DNA of 26,449 nt, from the NCBI GenBank assembly GCA_948552115.1, contig CAOWNX010000001.1, positions 1 to 26,449 of the forward strand, written 5' to 3'. The translations under genes and the position numbers were made by a program. Source of the DNA: an uncultured Bacilli bacterium. GTDB taxonomy: Bacteria > Bacillota_I > Bacilli_A > RF39 > UBA660. Shown here one piece after another: positions 1 through 8,517 of the stretch. A model generated the notes under the pieces. That model worked only from the letters and a program-made list of their open reading frames with translations. It was not told where the DNA came from and made no database searches. Position 1 is the stretch's first letter. Every line of letters begins with the position of its first letter.

Positions 1-518
1 GTCTATATTACACGTGTAGAAGAAACAACCAAAGGACCATTTATTTTGTGTTCTAGAAAGCATTATGGATTTGTAAAACGTTTATTTGAAACCTCAATTC
101 CTGAGCTAGTAGATGGAACGATTGAGCTCTATGCTGTTGCAAGGGAAGCAGGATTACGAAGCAAAGTAGCTGTTTATTCGACGAATGAAAAAGTGGATGC
201 CAAAGGAGCTTGTATTGGTGAGAGAGGCAGTCGAATTGTAGTATTTTAAAGGATTTGAATGGAGAAAAGGTCGATCTTATTTTATATCAAGAGGATCCAA
301 GTGAATTTATTAAAGAAGCTTTATCTCCTGCTAAAGGAGTGATTGTTAATATATTAGATCCAATGAAAAAAGAAGCTCTGGCGATTGTACCAAATGATCA
401 ATTATCTTTAGCAATCGGGAAAAAAGGAAGTAACATTAAGCTTGCAAGTCGTTTGACAAAATATAAGATTGAAGTGAAAACATTAGAACAAGTTACTTTG
501 GAAGGTAACCAAGCTTAG
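1..518 (+). CDS. nusA: Transcription termination/antitermination factor NusA, 5' partial, split by an apparent 1-nt deletion near 238-243
   Basis: Frame 1 reads VYITRVEETTKGPFILCSRK...AREAGLRSKVAV...GACIGERGSRI. The -1 frame continues SILKDLNGEKVDLI...LSLAIGKKGSNIKLASRLT. These are the NusA S1 end and KH motifs. The gene lies upstream of ylxR-infB. Confidence 0.95.
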
Positions 519-529
519 AAAGGATCTTT

Positions 530-793
530 ATGAAACAACGAAAGATACCGATGCGTACTTGTGTTATTACAAGGGAAACGTGTGAAAAAAAAGATTTAAT
601 TCGTGTTGTACGAACTCCAATTGGAGAAGTAAAAGTAGATTTAACTGGGAAAATGAATGGAAAAGGTGCTTATTTAAAAAAGTCTTTGGAAGTTTTTGAA
701 AAAGCAAAAAAGAGTAAAATTTTGAATCGAGTTTTGGAAGTAGAAGTACCAGAATCTATTTATGAAGAGTTAGAAAGTTTGTTAATTCAATAG
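530..793 (+). CDS. rnpM: RNase P modulator RnpM / YlxR (DUF448) RNA-binding protein
   Basis: IPMRTCVITRE...LIRVVR...GKGAYL motifs; conserved position between nusA and infB; SD AAGGA. Confidence 0.9.
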   Translation: MKQRKIPMRTCVITRETCEKKDLIRVVRTPIGEVKVDLTGKMNGKGAYLKKSLEVFEKAKKSKILNRVLEVEVPESIYEELESLLIQ

Positions 794-809
794 AAAGCGA
801 GGAATTTAA

Positions 810-2921
810 ATGAACGTAAAAGAATATGCAGAAAGTGTTAATTTGTCCGTAGCAGAGATTTTAAAAAAGTGTGAAAGTTTGGGAATTGATGTACGTCGTG
901 CAGAAGATTATTTGTCTGATGATGATGTGATTAATTTGGATTTTGCAATTAATTTGATTAGTACTGATCAAGAAGCAACAATTGAAGACGAAGAAAATAT
1001 TGACGGTTTAGTAGAAGATATTATTGAATCAAGTAATCTTCAACATATTCAGGATCATACAAAAAAGCAAAAGTTAAAGAAGAAAAGTGAACTTCAAAGT
1101 AGTAAAGAAGAGTATTTTAATAAACGAAAAGAAATGTATAAACATAAAGAAAAGCTACAACGTAATGAGAGTGATGAAAATGTCGTATTGTATGAGCAAA
1201 ATATGACGGTTTCTGATTTTGCAAATGTTTTGGGAATTAGTGGGACTGATATTATTAAGAAATTGATGAGTCTTGGTCTTATGGTTTCACTAAATCAAGT
1301 CATTGATTTTGAAAATGCTGAAATTGTAGCAATGGATTATGGAAAGACTTTGAAACGAGAAGAAACACAAAATGTAGCAAATTTTGAAGAATATGAAATT
1401 AATGATAAAGAAGAAGATTTGGTGTTGCGTCCTGCTGTTGTAACGATTATGGGACATGTTGATCATGGCAAAACAACCCTTCTCGATTATATTCGAAACA
1501 GTAAGGTTGTGGATAGTGAGTTTGGTGGAATTACACAACATATCGGTGCTTATCAAGTAGAACATAATGGAGGAAAGATTACTTTTATTGATACTCCAGG
1601 ACATGCTGCTTTTACTGAGATGAGAGCAAGAGGAGCAAGTGTTACAGATATTGTTATTATTATTGTTGCTGCTGATGATGGAGTGATGCCTCAAACGAAA
1701 GAAGCGATTGATCATGCTAAATCTGCAAATGTTCCAATTATTGTAGCAGTGAATAAAATAGATAAGCCAGAAGCTAATGTGGAACGAATCATGCAGGAAA
1801 TGAGTGAACATGGAATTACTCCAGAAGCGTGGGGAGGAGAGTATCCTTTTGTTCCAATTAGTGCGATGACTGGAGAAGGAGTCGATTATCTTCTTGAAAC
1901 GATTAATACGATTTGTGAAGTAAATAATTATCAAGCAAATCCAAATCGTTATGCAGTTGGTACAGTTATTGAAAGTAAATTGGATAAAAATATTGGTGGA
2001 GTTGCATCTTTATTAATTCAAAATGGAACGTTACGTTTGGGAGATCCAATTGTTGTTGGAACATTCTTTGGTAAGGTCAGAACTATGAAAAATGATCTTG
2101 GTGTTTCAATTGTAGAAGCAGGTCCATCTACCCCAGTAGAAATTACGGGCATTAGTGATAATCCAAGTGCTGGAGATAAGTTCATGGCGTTTGAAACGGA
2201 AAGTGAAGCAAAGAAAATTGCTGAAAAACGTTATGAACAGAAACGTGCTAATGTTGGTAAGAAAGAAATTGTTTCTTTGGATGATTTATTTTCAAAAATT
2301 AATGCTGGTCAGAAAGAAATTAATGTAGTGTTAAAAGCAGATGTGAGAGGTTCTGAAGAAGCGGTTCGAAATGCACTTGAAAAAATTGATGTGGAAGGCG
2401 TACGAGTTAAGGTAATTCGTAGTGGAATTGGAACGATTACAGAAAGTGATGTCGTTTTAGCGAATGCTTCGGATGCGATTGTGATCGGATTTAATGTTAG
2501 TCCTTCTTCGATTACGAAAGAAGTGGCGAAAGAATATAGTGTAGATATTCGTCTTTATACGATTATTTATAAAGCTGTAGAAGAGATGGAACTTGCAATG
2601 AAAGGATTGTTAGATCCAGAATTTGAAGAAAAAGTTTTAGGTAGTGCAGAGATTCGTAAAATATTTACGTTTAGTAAAGTTGGAAAAATTGCTGGATGCT
2701 ATATAACAGAAGGTATTATGAAAAATGGTGCGAGTGTTCGAGTGATTCGTGATGGTATTATTATTCATGATGGAAAAATTGCTAGTATTCAAAGAGAAAA
2801 AGATACAGTAAAAGAAGTGAAAAAAGGTTTTGAATGTGGAATTACGTTAGAATCTTATAGTGATATTAAAGAGAGAGATATATTAGAAGCTTATGAGATG
2901 GTTGAGGTGAAACACATTTGA
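810..2921 (+). CDS. infB: Translation initiation factor IF-2
   Basis: [33 protein letters not shown]-domain motifs; [11 protein letters not shown]-terminal GFECG. Confidence 0.99.
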   Translation: MNVKEYAESVNLSVAEILKKCESLGIDVRRAEDYLSDDDVINLDFAINLISTDQEATIEDEENIDGLVEDIIESSNLQHIQDHTKKQKLKKKSELQSSKEEYFNKRKEMYKHKEKLQRNESDENVVLYEQNMTVSDFANVLGISGTDIIKKLMSLGLMVSLNQVIDFENAEIVAMDYGKTLKREETQNVANFEEYEINDKEEDLVLRPAVVTIMGHVDHGKTTLLDYIRNSKVVDSEFGGITQHIGAYQVEHNGGKITFIDTPGHAAFTEMRARGASVTDIVIIIVAADDGVMPQTKEAIDHAKSANVPIIVAVNKIDKPEANVERIMQEMSEHGITPEAWGGEYPFVPISAMTGEGVDYLLETINTICEVNNYQANPNRYAVGTVIESKLDKNIGGVASLLIQNGTLRLGDPIVVGTFFGKVRTMKNDLGVSIVEAGPSTPVEITGISDNPSAGDKFMAFETESEAKKIAEKRYEQKRANVGKKEIVSLDDLFSKINAGQKEINVVLKADVRGSEEAVRNALEKIDVEGVRVKVIRSGIGTITESDVVLANASDAIVIGFNVSPSSITKEVAKEYSVDIRLYTIIYKAVEEMELAMKGLLDPEFEEKVLGSAEIRKIFTFSKVGKIAGCYITEGIMKNGASVRVIRDGIIIHDGKIASIQREKDTVKEVKKGFECGITLESYSDIKERDILEAYEMVEVKHI

Positions 2922-3257
2922 ATTAAATTAAAGCGAATTGAAGCAGAACTTAATCGAACAATTTCAGATATTTTACTACAAGAATCAACGGATGATTTAA
3001 TGAAATCGATTACAATTACGGGTAGTGAAATTGCTCCAGATTTATCTTTTGCGAAAGTTTATTTTACTAGTTTAAGTGAAATAGATCATAAGCAACTTGA
3101 AAAGGAAATGGATGAAGCAAAAGATTTTGTAAGAAAGTTTGTGGCGGAACGAATGGATTTGCGTCAGACTCCAAAATTAAAATTTGTTTATGATGAGTCG
3201 ATTGAATATGGTAATCGAATTGAAAAGATTATCACAGAAATGAAAAAAGAAGATTAG
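2922..3257 (+). CDS. rbfA: Ribosome-binding factor A; start uncertain, and similarity extends upstream of the ATG at 3000
   Basis: In-frame IKLKRIEAELNRTISDILLQESTDDL precedes MKSITIT...PDLSFAKVYF...LRQTPKLKFVYDESIEYGNRIE; directly follows infB. Confidence 0.93.
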   Translation: MKLKRIEAELNRTISDILLQESTDDLMKSITITGSEIAPDLSFAKVYFTSLSEIDHKQLEKEMDEAKDFVRKFVAERMDLRQTPKLKFVYDESIEYGNRIEKIITEMKKED

Positions 3258-3262
3258 ATGGT

Positions 3263-3544
3263 TAAACTGATAAAATAAATGTAGATACGTAAAAAAGATG
3301 TGTTTACATTTTTTTATGTTATTTTATATTTAGGAGGAAGAAATATGCATAGAATGAGAACCCTAGAGGAAAAGAAAAAAATATTTCTGTTCCAGCTTTA
3401 AGTGATTTGCAGCAACATAAAAATGGAAAAGGTTTATTAATTCCAGTTTTTCTTCTTTTAATCATTCATAATCGAACGCTGGATATCGATGGTTATACGT
3501 TTCATGAAAATGAGATACAACCATGCCTAAAATTAAAACTTTAA
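3263..3544 (+). mobile_element. Possible degenerate IS3-family left end with an orfA relic
   Basis: TAAACTGA...AAATGTAGATAC/GTGTTTACATTT hairpin, strong SD TAGGAGG (3331-3337), short ORF MHRMRTLEEKKKIFLFQL* (3345-3401), then broken frames containing RTL/YRWL/HENEI pieces. The resemblance to IS3 orfA is recalled, not aligned. Confidence 0.35.
3278..3315 (+). terminator. Stem-loop with U-tract after rbfA
   Basis: AATGTAGATAC pairs with GTGTTTACATT (two G-U pairs), followed by a T run. Confidence 0.5.
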
Positions 3545-3564
3545 TTTTTTATATTTTGTTTCAA

Positions 3565-3573
3565 TGGTATAAT
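3565..3573 (+). promoter_or_regulatory. Extended -10 promoter for truB
   Basis: TGGTATAAT 20 nt upstream of the truB ATG. Confidence 0.6.
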
Positions 3574-3593
3574 AGAGTTATTGGAGTTTTTTT

Positions 3594-4451
3594 ATGAATG
3601 GAATTATAGTGATTGATAAACCTAGGTATTTTACAAGTCGTGATGTTGTAAATAAAGTTTCTCATCTTTTGCATACAAAAAAGATAGGTCATACGGGCAC
3701 TTTAGATCCTTTAGCTACTGGAGTATTGGTACTATGTGTCGGAGATTATACAAAATTTGTAGCAAAGTTAACAAATCATGATAAGGAGTATTTGGTCGGG
3801 TTTCGATTTGGAAGGGAAACTGATACATTAGATTGTACAGGTAATGTGTTGCAAGAAAGTAATATTATTCCAAGTAAAGAGAAATTGAAATCAGTTCTTT
3901 CTACGTTTATTGGGCCTCAAAAGCAAGAAGTTCCTATTTATTCTGCTAAGAAAATAAATGGGAAAAAGTTATATGAGTATGCGAGGGAAAAAAAGGAAGT
4001 TGAGTTGCCAATTCAGAATATTGAAGTTTATGATATTCGATTACTTCAGTATTGTAATGGAGAAGGAACTTTCCTTGTAACTGTATCTAAGGGAACTTAT
4101 ATTCGAAGTCTCGTTCGAGATATTAGTTATCGACTTGGAACGGTTGGTGAAATGACAAGCTTACGGAGAATGAAATTAGGTCAATATGATATCAATCAGG
4201 CTATTACATTGGGTGATATCGAAGCAGGAACTTTTGCATTACAAGATTTTCGTTCTTTTTTATCTTATCAAAAATATGAAGCTAGTAAGGAAGATTTGAT
4301 CAAAATTGCTCATGCCAATGAATTATATTGCAATCAAGAAAGTGAATATGTGCTTGTTACTTATCAAGAGAAAGAGATTGCTTTGTATCAAAGACATGAA
4401 AATCGTTATAAGCCAATTCTTTTATTTGACAAAGAATGTTCTTTTCTTTAG
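3594..4451 (+). CDS. truB: tRNA pseudouridine(55) synthase TruB
   Basis: DKP...TSRDVV, KIGHTGTLDPLATGVL, PIYSAKKINGKKLYEYAR, SKGTYIRSL motifs. Confidence 0.98.
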   Translation: MNGIIVIDKPRYFTSRDVVNKVSHLLHTKKIGHTGTLDPLATGVLVLCVGDYTKFVAKLTNHDKEYLVGFRFGRETDTLDCTGNVLQESNIIPSKEKLKSVLSTFIGPQKQEVPIYSAKKINGKKLYEYAREKKEVELPIQNIEVYDIRLLQYCNGEGTFLVTVSKGTYIRSLVRDISYRLGTVGEMTSLRRMKLGQYDINQAITLGDIEAGTFALQDFRSFLSYQKYEASKEDLIKIAHANELYCNQESEYVLVTYQEKEIALYQRHENRYKPILLFDKECSFL

Positions 4452-4454
4452 AAT
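4426..4454 (+). promoter_or_regulatory. Near-consensus sigma-A promoter inside the truB 3' end
   Basis: TTGACA (4426-4431), 17-nt spacer, TAGAAT (4449-4454). Confidence 0.7.
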
Positions 4455-4479
4455 AGATGTCAACTTTTGAGGTAGAAAT

Positions 4480-4911
4480 ATGGAAAAATCAAATTTATTT
4501 TTGTTTTATGGAATTGGAAGTGTAGGAAAGACGAGAGAGTATTCGTTTCGAAGTGAGAATTATTTAAATCCACTTCATTTGCAAAATACGTTATCGATTC
4601 CTTTGATTACTTCTGTGACTGTTCGTGGATATCTTTCCAAAAAAAAGTGTAAGAATGATTTGTTTTCTATTTATGTAGGAAAGGAATTGTTTTTGAATGA
4701 GAAAAATGAATATTATATTGATAAATATGATTTGGATGTTTCTTCTTTGGAACGTTTTCAAAAGGAAGGCTTTGAGCGAGTTTGTTTGTTAAATTATAAA
4801 AAGTATGATTTTGTTTTGGTTGGACTTCAAAAGGAAGATAAGGTAGTTCCAGATTATTATTCTTTGAAACGAGAGATGTTTCGATTAAAGAAATTAGAAC
4901 AAGTATTTTAA
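4480..4911 (+). CDS. Hypothetical protein (143 aa)
   Basis: SD GAGGT and its own promoter; no motif recognised. Confidence 0.7.
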   Translation: MEKSNLFLFYGIGSVGKTREYSFRSENYLNPLHLQNTLSIPLITSVTVRGYLSKKKCKNDLFSIYVGKELFLNEKNEYYIDKYDLDVSSLERFQKEGFERVCLLNYKKYDFVLVGLQKEDKVVPDYYSLKREMFRLKKLEQVF

Positions 4912-4965
4912 GAAAGAACCTAGTAATTTGTTGTTCTTTTTTTTATAATAATTTTAGGTGAGTTT

Positions 4966-6666
4966 ATGAGAAAGTTGAAAAAAGGGGTTAAAGTGTGTTT
5001 GTTTTTTTTGTTTTTTCTTCTTTTTGGTGTGATTTCTTATTTTGGGTATCAATATTATTTAAAGGAAAAGGAATTCAAACAGGTAGAAGAGATTCGCTTG
5101 CATTATGCTTCTTCCGTAATGGTTCGAAATGATGCCAAAATTTATCAATCGTTAGATTCTTCTTATCCAATTATAGGAAATTTGGCAAAAGATTATTCGT
5201 TTGATTTAGAAGAAATAGAAATTTCGAAGAGCAATCAGACATATTTTAAAATTAAGGATTCTAGCTATTATGTATTTTATGAAGATGTGACTCCAATAGA
5301 TAAAAGTGAAAGAAAAACAATTCCAGATTATTATGTGCCGCTTTCAAAAGAGATTTCAACATTGGGAGATATGAATTTTTTTCAAGATGGGGAAGAGGTG
5401 TTAACGATATTACAACCTCTTACATTATCTGTGTTGTATGCGGATGAAATATTTTATTATGTGAGTTATTTTGAAGATATTTTTGGAGTAAAAAAAGATG
5501 AAGTAGAGGCAAGTGAGAAGGAACCTTTGGAAGAAGAAGCTTCTTTTGTATCGGTCATTTCTTTTGCTGAGGAGAAGAGTGATTGCAAATCTAATTCTTG
5601 TATTACTGTGGAGAAAGAAAAGGAATTTTTAAAAGTTTTATCAGATCAAAAAAAATATACGATTTCTGAGATGGAATATATTTCTTGGTTAAATGGGACT
5701 TTACGTTTAAAACCTGGAGCTATTTATATAGAGCAAAAGGATAGTAGTGAGCAAAGAGTTTCTTTGTTTCAAGAATATGGTTTTTTATTTGGAAGTTCTG
5801 AGCTATTAAAGTTTGTTGATAATAATCAAACAACTAAAAAGGATACAAAAATAGATTCTATTAATCGATATGTGATTCATCAAAATACAACTGAAGAACA
5901 TATGAAAAAAATTATGAATGGAGAGACAATAGTTATTGAGAATCCGAAATCTACGACTGTGATAAAAGGTCTTCCTGATATTAATGCGAAAGCAACTCAT
6001 ATTGCAGTATTAAATTATCATTTCTTTTATAATTCGGAAGCTCAAGAAGTTTGTAATGAAGGGAATTGTTTGGATGTTAAGAATTTTCGAGAACAATTGG
6101 AATATTTAAAGAAAAATCAATATAAGACGTTAACGATGGAAGAGTATCGAGCTTGGATATATGGGGAAATTGAACTTCCAGCAAGAAGTGTGTTACTTAC
6201 AATTGATGATGGAGCAATGGGAACGGGAAAACATAATGGAAATAAGTTAATCCCTTTACTGGAAGAGTATCAAATGCATGCAACTTTATTTTTGATTAGT
6301 GGTTGGTGGAGTGTAGATAATTATCAATCTGAATATTTGGATATTGAAAGCCATACTTATGATATGCATCAGGAACGAGTTTGTTCCAATCAGCCAAGAG
6401 GAGCTAAAATGCTTTGTTCTTCTAAAGAAGAAGTATTACAAGACTTACGTTTATCTATTGAAAGAACTGGTTCTAGTACAGCTTTTTGTTTTCCTTTTTA
6501 TGCTTATAATGATTTGGCAATTCAAAGTTTAAAAGAGGTTGGATTTAAACTTGCTTTTATAGGAGGATCTTATAAATCTAGTCGAGGTAATGATAAGTAT
6601 AAGATTCCAAGATATCCAATTCATAAAACAACTTCATTGGAACAGTTTATGAATATGATTCATTAA
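4966..6666 (+). CDS. Membrane-anchored polysaccharide deacetylase (CE4/NodB, IcaB/PgaB-like) with a degenerate upstream copy of the domain
   Basis: N-terminal TM helix; VLNYH, LLTIDDG, ESHTYDMH, FCFPF and IPRYPI motifs; SD AGGTGA. Confidence 0.88.
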   Translation: MRKLKKGVKVCLFFLFFLLFGVISYFGYQYYLKEKEFKQVEEIRLHYASSVMVRNDAKIYQSLDSSYPIIGNLAKDYSFDLEEIEISKSNQTYFKIKDSSYYVFYEDVTPIDKSERKTIPDYYVPLSKEISTLGDMNFFQDGEEVLTILQPLTLSVLYADEIFYYVSYFEDIFGVKKDEVEASEKEPLEEEASFVSVISFAEEKSDCKSNSCITVEKEKEFLKVLSDQKKYTISEMEYISWLNGTLRLKPGAIYIEQKDSSEQRVSLFQEYGFLFGSSELLKFVDNNQTTKKDTKIDSINRYVIHQNTTEEHMKKIMNGETIVIENPKSTTVIKGLPDINAKATHIAVLNYHFFYNSEAQEVCNEGNCLDVKNFREQLEYLKKNQYKTLTMEEYRAWIYGEIELPARSVLLTIDDGAMGTGKHNGNKLIPLLEEYQMHATLFLISGWWSVDNYQSEYLDIESHTYDMHQERVCSNQPRGAKMLCSSKEEVLQDLRLSIERTGSSTAFCFPFYAYNDLAIQSLKEVGFKLAFIGGSYKSSRGNDKYKIPRYPIHKTTSLEQFMNMIH

Positions 6667-6783
6667 AGAGTGATTTTATCATTCTTTTTTTGAAAGAATT
6701 TTTGTTTTAAAAATAGTAATTTTCTAGATATAATATATAAATATATGATAAAATTGGTGTTACAAAAGAGAAAAAGTATGTAG

Positions 6784-6821
6784 AAACTACTAAACTTAGA
6801 AGTAAGGATAGTGGTTTTTTT
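6784..6821 (+). promoter_or_regulatory. Leader hairpin with U-tract immediately before the start codon
   Basis: AAACTACTA (6784-6792) pairs with TAGTGGTTT (6809-6817); inner stem CTTA-GAAG-TAAG; then TTTT and the ATG. Confidence 0.4.
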
Positions 6822-8474
6822 ATGGGTATGATTCCGTTTCAAAAAAATAAAAAGAAAAAACAAATCATAATTGTATTTAGTATTGGACTCATGCTCTTGG
6901 TAGCAGGGATTATTCTTTACCAAACGTATTCTTTGTTTGAAGAAACAGAGGATTATGATGTAATTAAAGGAAGTGTACCAAATTATTTAGATAATTATGA
7001 TATTAAGATAAATTTCAAAGTAGATGGAGTCAGCGTGAATCAAACACCAACTAGAGAAGATAAAAAAGGAGTAGAGAGTATTACTTGTGATAAAGGAGCA
7101 ATGGGTAGTTGGGATTACTTTCATTGGAACTTTAATGTAAATAGTTTAAGTCAAACGAAGACAACATGTACTGTTAATTTTGTAACAAGATATACCGAAG
7201 ATATTTTAAATGGAACCGATCCAATATGGAAAGATGAGTTAATACCAGTAACAATAGATAATAATGGAACAGTACATAAAGCAAATGTTCAAGAGAAATG
7301 GTATGAGTATGGAAATCAACAATGGGCGAATGCAGTTATATTAGAAGACGAAAGTATCAATTATCAAAATGGAGAAGAAATACCAGAGAGTAATATTGAG
7401 TCGTATTTTGTTTGGATCCCAAGATACAAATATAAGATATTTGATATGGGAGAATATGAAGGGTTAACAACTCTCCAAAATAGGCCGCAGATTATTGATA
7501 TACAATTTGGAGTTGATACAACAAATGATAGTGACAATTCTTGTAAGACACCAGGGATAAGTGGTGAGAGTGGAACTTGTAGTGTAGGCAAATACATGAC
7601 GCATCCAGCATTTATTAGTTTTGAAAGTATAGGTATGTGGGTAGGAAAGTTTGAGACGGGATATAAAGGAGCAACTACAAAAGAAGAAGCACAGAAGAAT
7701 GAAAATAATCCAGATAAAGTGATTATTAAACCAAATGTGTATAGTTGGAGAGGAATCAACGTATCGAATGCACATCTTTCTAGTTACAATTATAAAAGGA
7801 ATTTAGATAGTCATATGATGAAGAATACAGAATGGGGAGCAGTAACATATCTTCAACATAGTAAGTTTGGAAGTAGAAGTAGTGTAAGAATCAATAACAA
7901 TAGTAATTATTTAACAGGATATGCTTCAAAAAAAGAACCTACTTGTGGTTTTACTGGAGATAATCAAGAATGTAACAGGTATGAGAAAACAAGTCCTGGA
8001 GTAGATGGAAGTTATACTATTAATTATTTTAATTCTGTAAGTAATGTAGCTAGTACAACAGGAAATTACAGTGGAGTATTTGATATGAGTGGAGGTTCTT
8101 GGGAATATGTTATGGGAATCATGTTCGATTCAACGAATGGCAATTCTTTGAAAAATAATGTATTTTATTTTCCAAAGGATAAGCAATACTATGATATGTA
8201 TGTATATGCCATGATTGAGGAAGGTTATCGTCGAAGGATTTTGGGAGATGCAACAGGAGAAATAGGTCCTTTTGCAGATCAAACGTATGCAACTTTAACA
8301 AGACCTTCGGGGTCATGGTATGGAGAGGAAGCATGGTTTGTTAGTTCTAATGGCATTTGGTTTGCACGTGGTGGACTCTATGCTTCTGGTACTCGTGCAG
8401 GTGTGTTTGCTTTTAGTCGCGATTATGGTATAGCTTATGGACATATCAGTTTTCGTATTGTTTTAACTGTTTGA
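6822..8474 (+). CDS. Surface/secreted protein with a C-terminal CLec (FGE-like) fold; putative DGR target protein
   Basis: Basic-hydrophobic N-terminus ending LYQTYSLF; WVGKFE, NTEWGA, GVFDMSGGSWEYV and terminal RGG...G..AGVF.F....G......SFRIVL motifs. Confidence 0.75.
   Translation: MGMIPFQKNKKKKQIIIVFSIGLMLLVAGIILYQTYSLFEETEDYDVIKGSVPNYLDNYDIKINFKVDGVSVNQTPTREDKKGVESITCDKGAMGSWDYFHWNFNVNSLSQTKTTCTVNFVTRYTEDILNGTDPIWKDELIPVTIDNNGTVHKANVQEKWYEYGNQQWANAVILEDESINYQNGEEIPESNIESYFVWIPRYKYKIFDMGEYEGLTTLQNRPQIIDIQFGVDTTNDSDNSCKTPGISGESGTCSVGKYMTHPAFISFESIGMWVGKFETGYKGATTKEEAQKNENNPDKVIIKPNVYSWRGINVSNAHLSSYNYKRNLDSHMMKNTEWGAVTYLQHSKFGSRSSVRINNNSNYLTGYASKKEPTCGFTGDNQECNRYEKTSPGVDGSYTINYFNSVSNVASTTGNYSGVFDMSGGSWEYVMGIMFDSTNGNSLKNNVFYFPKDKQYYDMYVYAMIEEGYRRRILGDATGEIGPFADQTYATLTRPSGSWYGEEAWFVSSNGIWFARGGLYASGTRAGVFAFSRDYGIAYGHISFRIVLTV
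8331..8474 (+). other. Putative DGR variable region (VR)
   Basis: 24 A in 144 nt versus 51 A in 120 nt at 7801-7920 (hand count); A-free scaffold codons (TGG TTT, CGT GGT, GGT GTG TTT, TTT CGT) alternate with mostly NNY codons. Confidence 0.65.
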
Positions 8475-8517
8475 TTTTTCCTTTTTTTCTAAATTATGAT
8501 ACAATCTAGTTAAGGAT

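Noticed and set aside
1290..1934. 214-aa minus-strand ORF
   Set aside because: Antisense shadow of the conserved infB G domain; no motif.
2919..2921. TGA read as Trp (genetic code 4), which would fuse infB and rbfA
   Set aside because: TGA acts as a stop in the ATGA overlaps at 13215-13218 and 16190-16193, and long ORFs are intact under code 11 using TGG.
4430..4445. LexA (GAAC-N4-GTTC) box in the promoter spacer
   Set aside because: Only the GTTC half is present; the left half does not match.
5806..6923. Short ORFs 5806-6000, 6344-6532 and 6663-6923
   Set aside because: They overlap well-supported genes or AT-rich intergenic DNA; no motif.
7364..8334. Minus-strand ORFs 7364-7759, 7464-7775 and 8119-8334
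   Set aside because: Antisense to the 550-aa gene, with no recognisable features.
8475..8517. DGR-type GC-rich hairpin downstream of the VR
   Set aside because: Only a T-rich tract and a -10-like element follow; no convincing stem. This weakens the case for current DGR activity.
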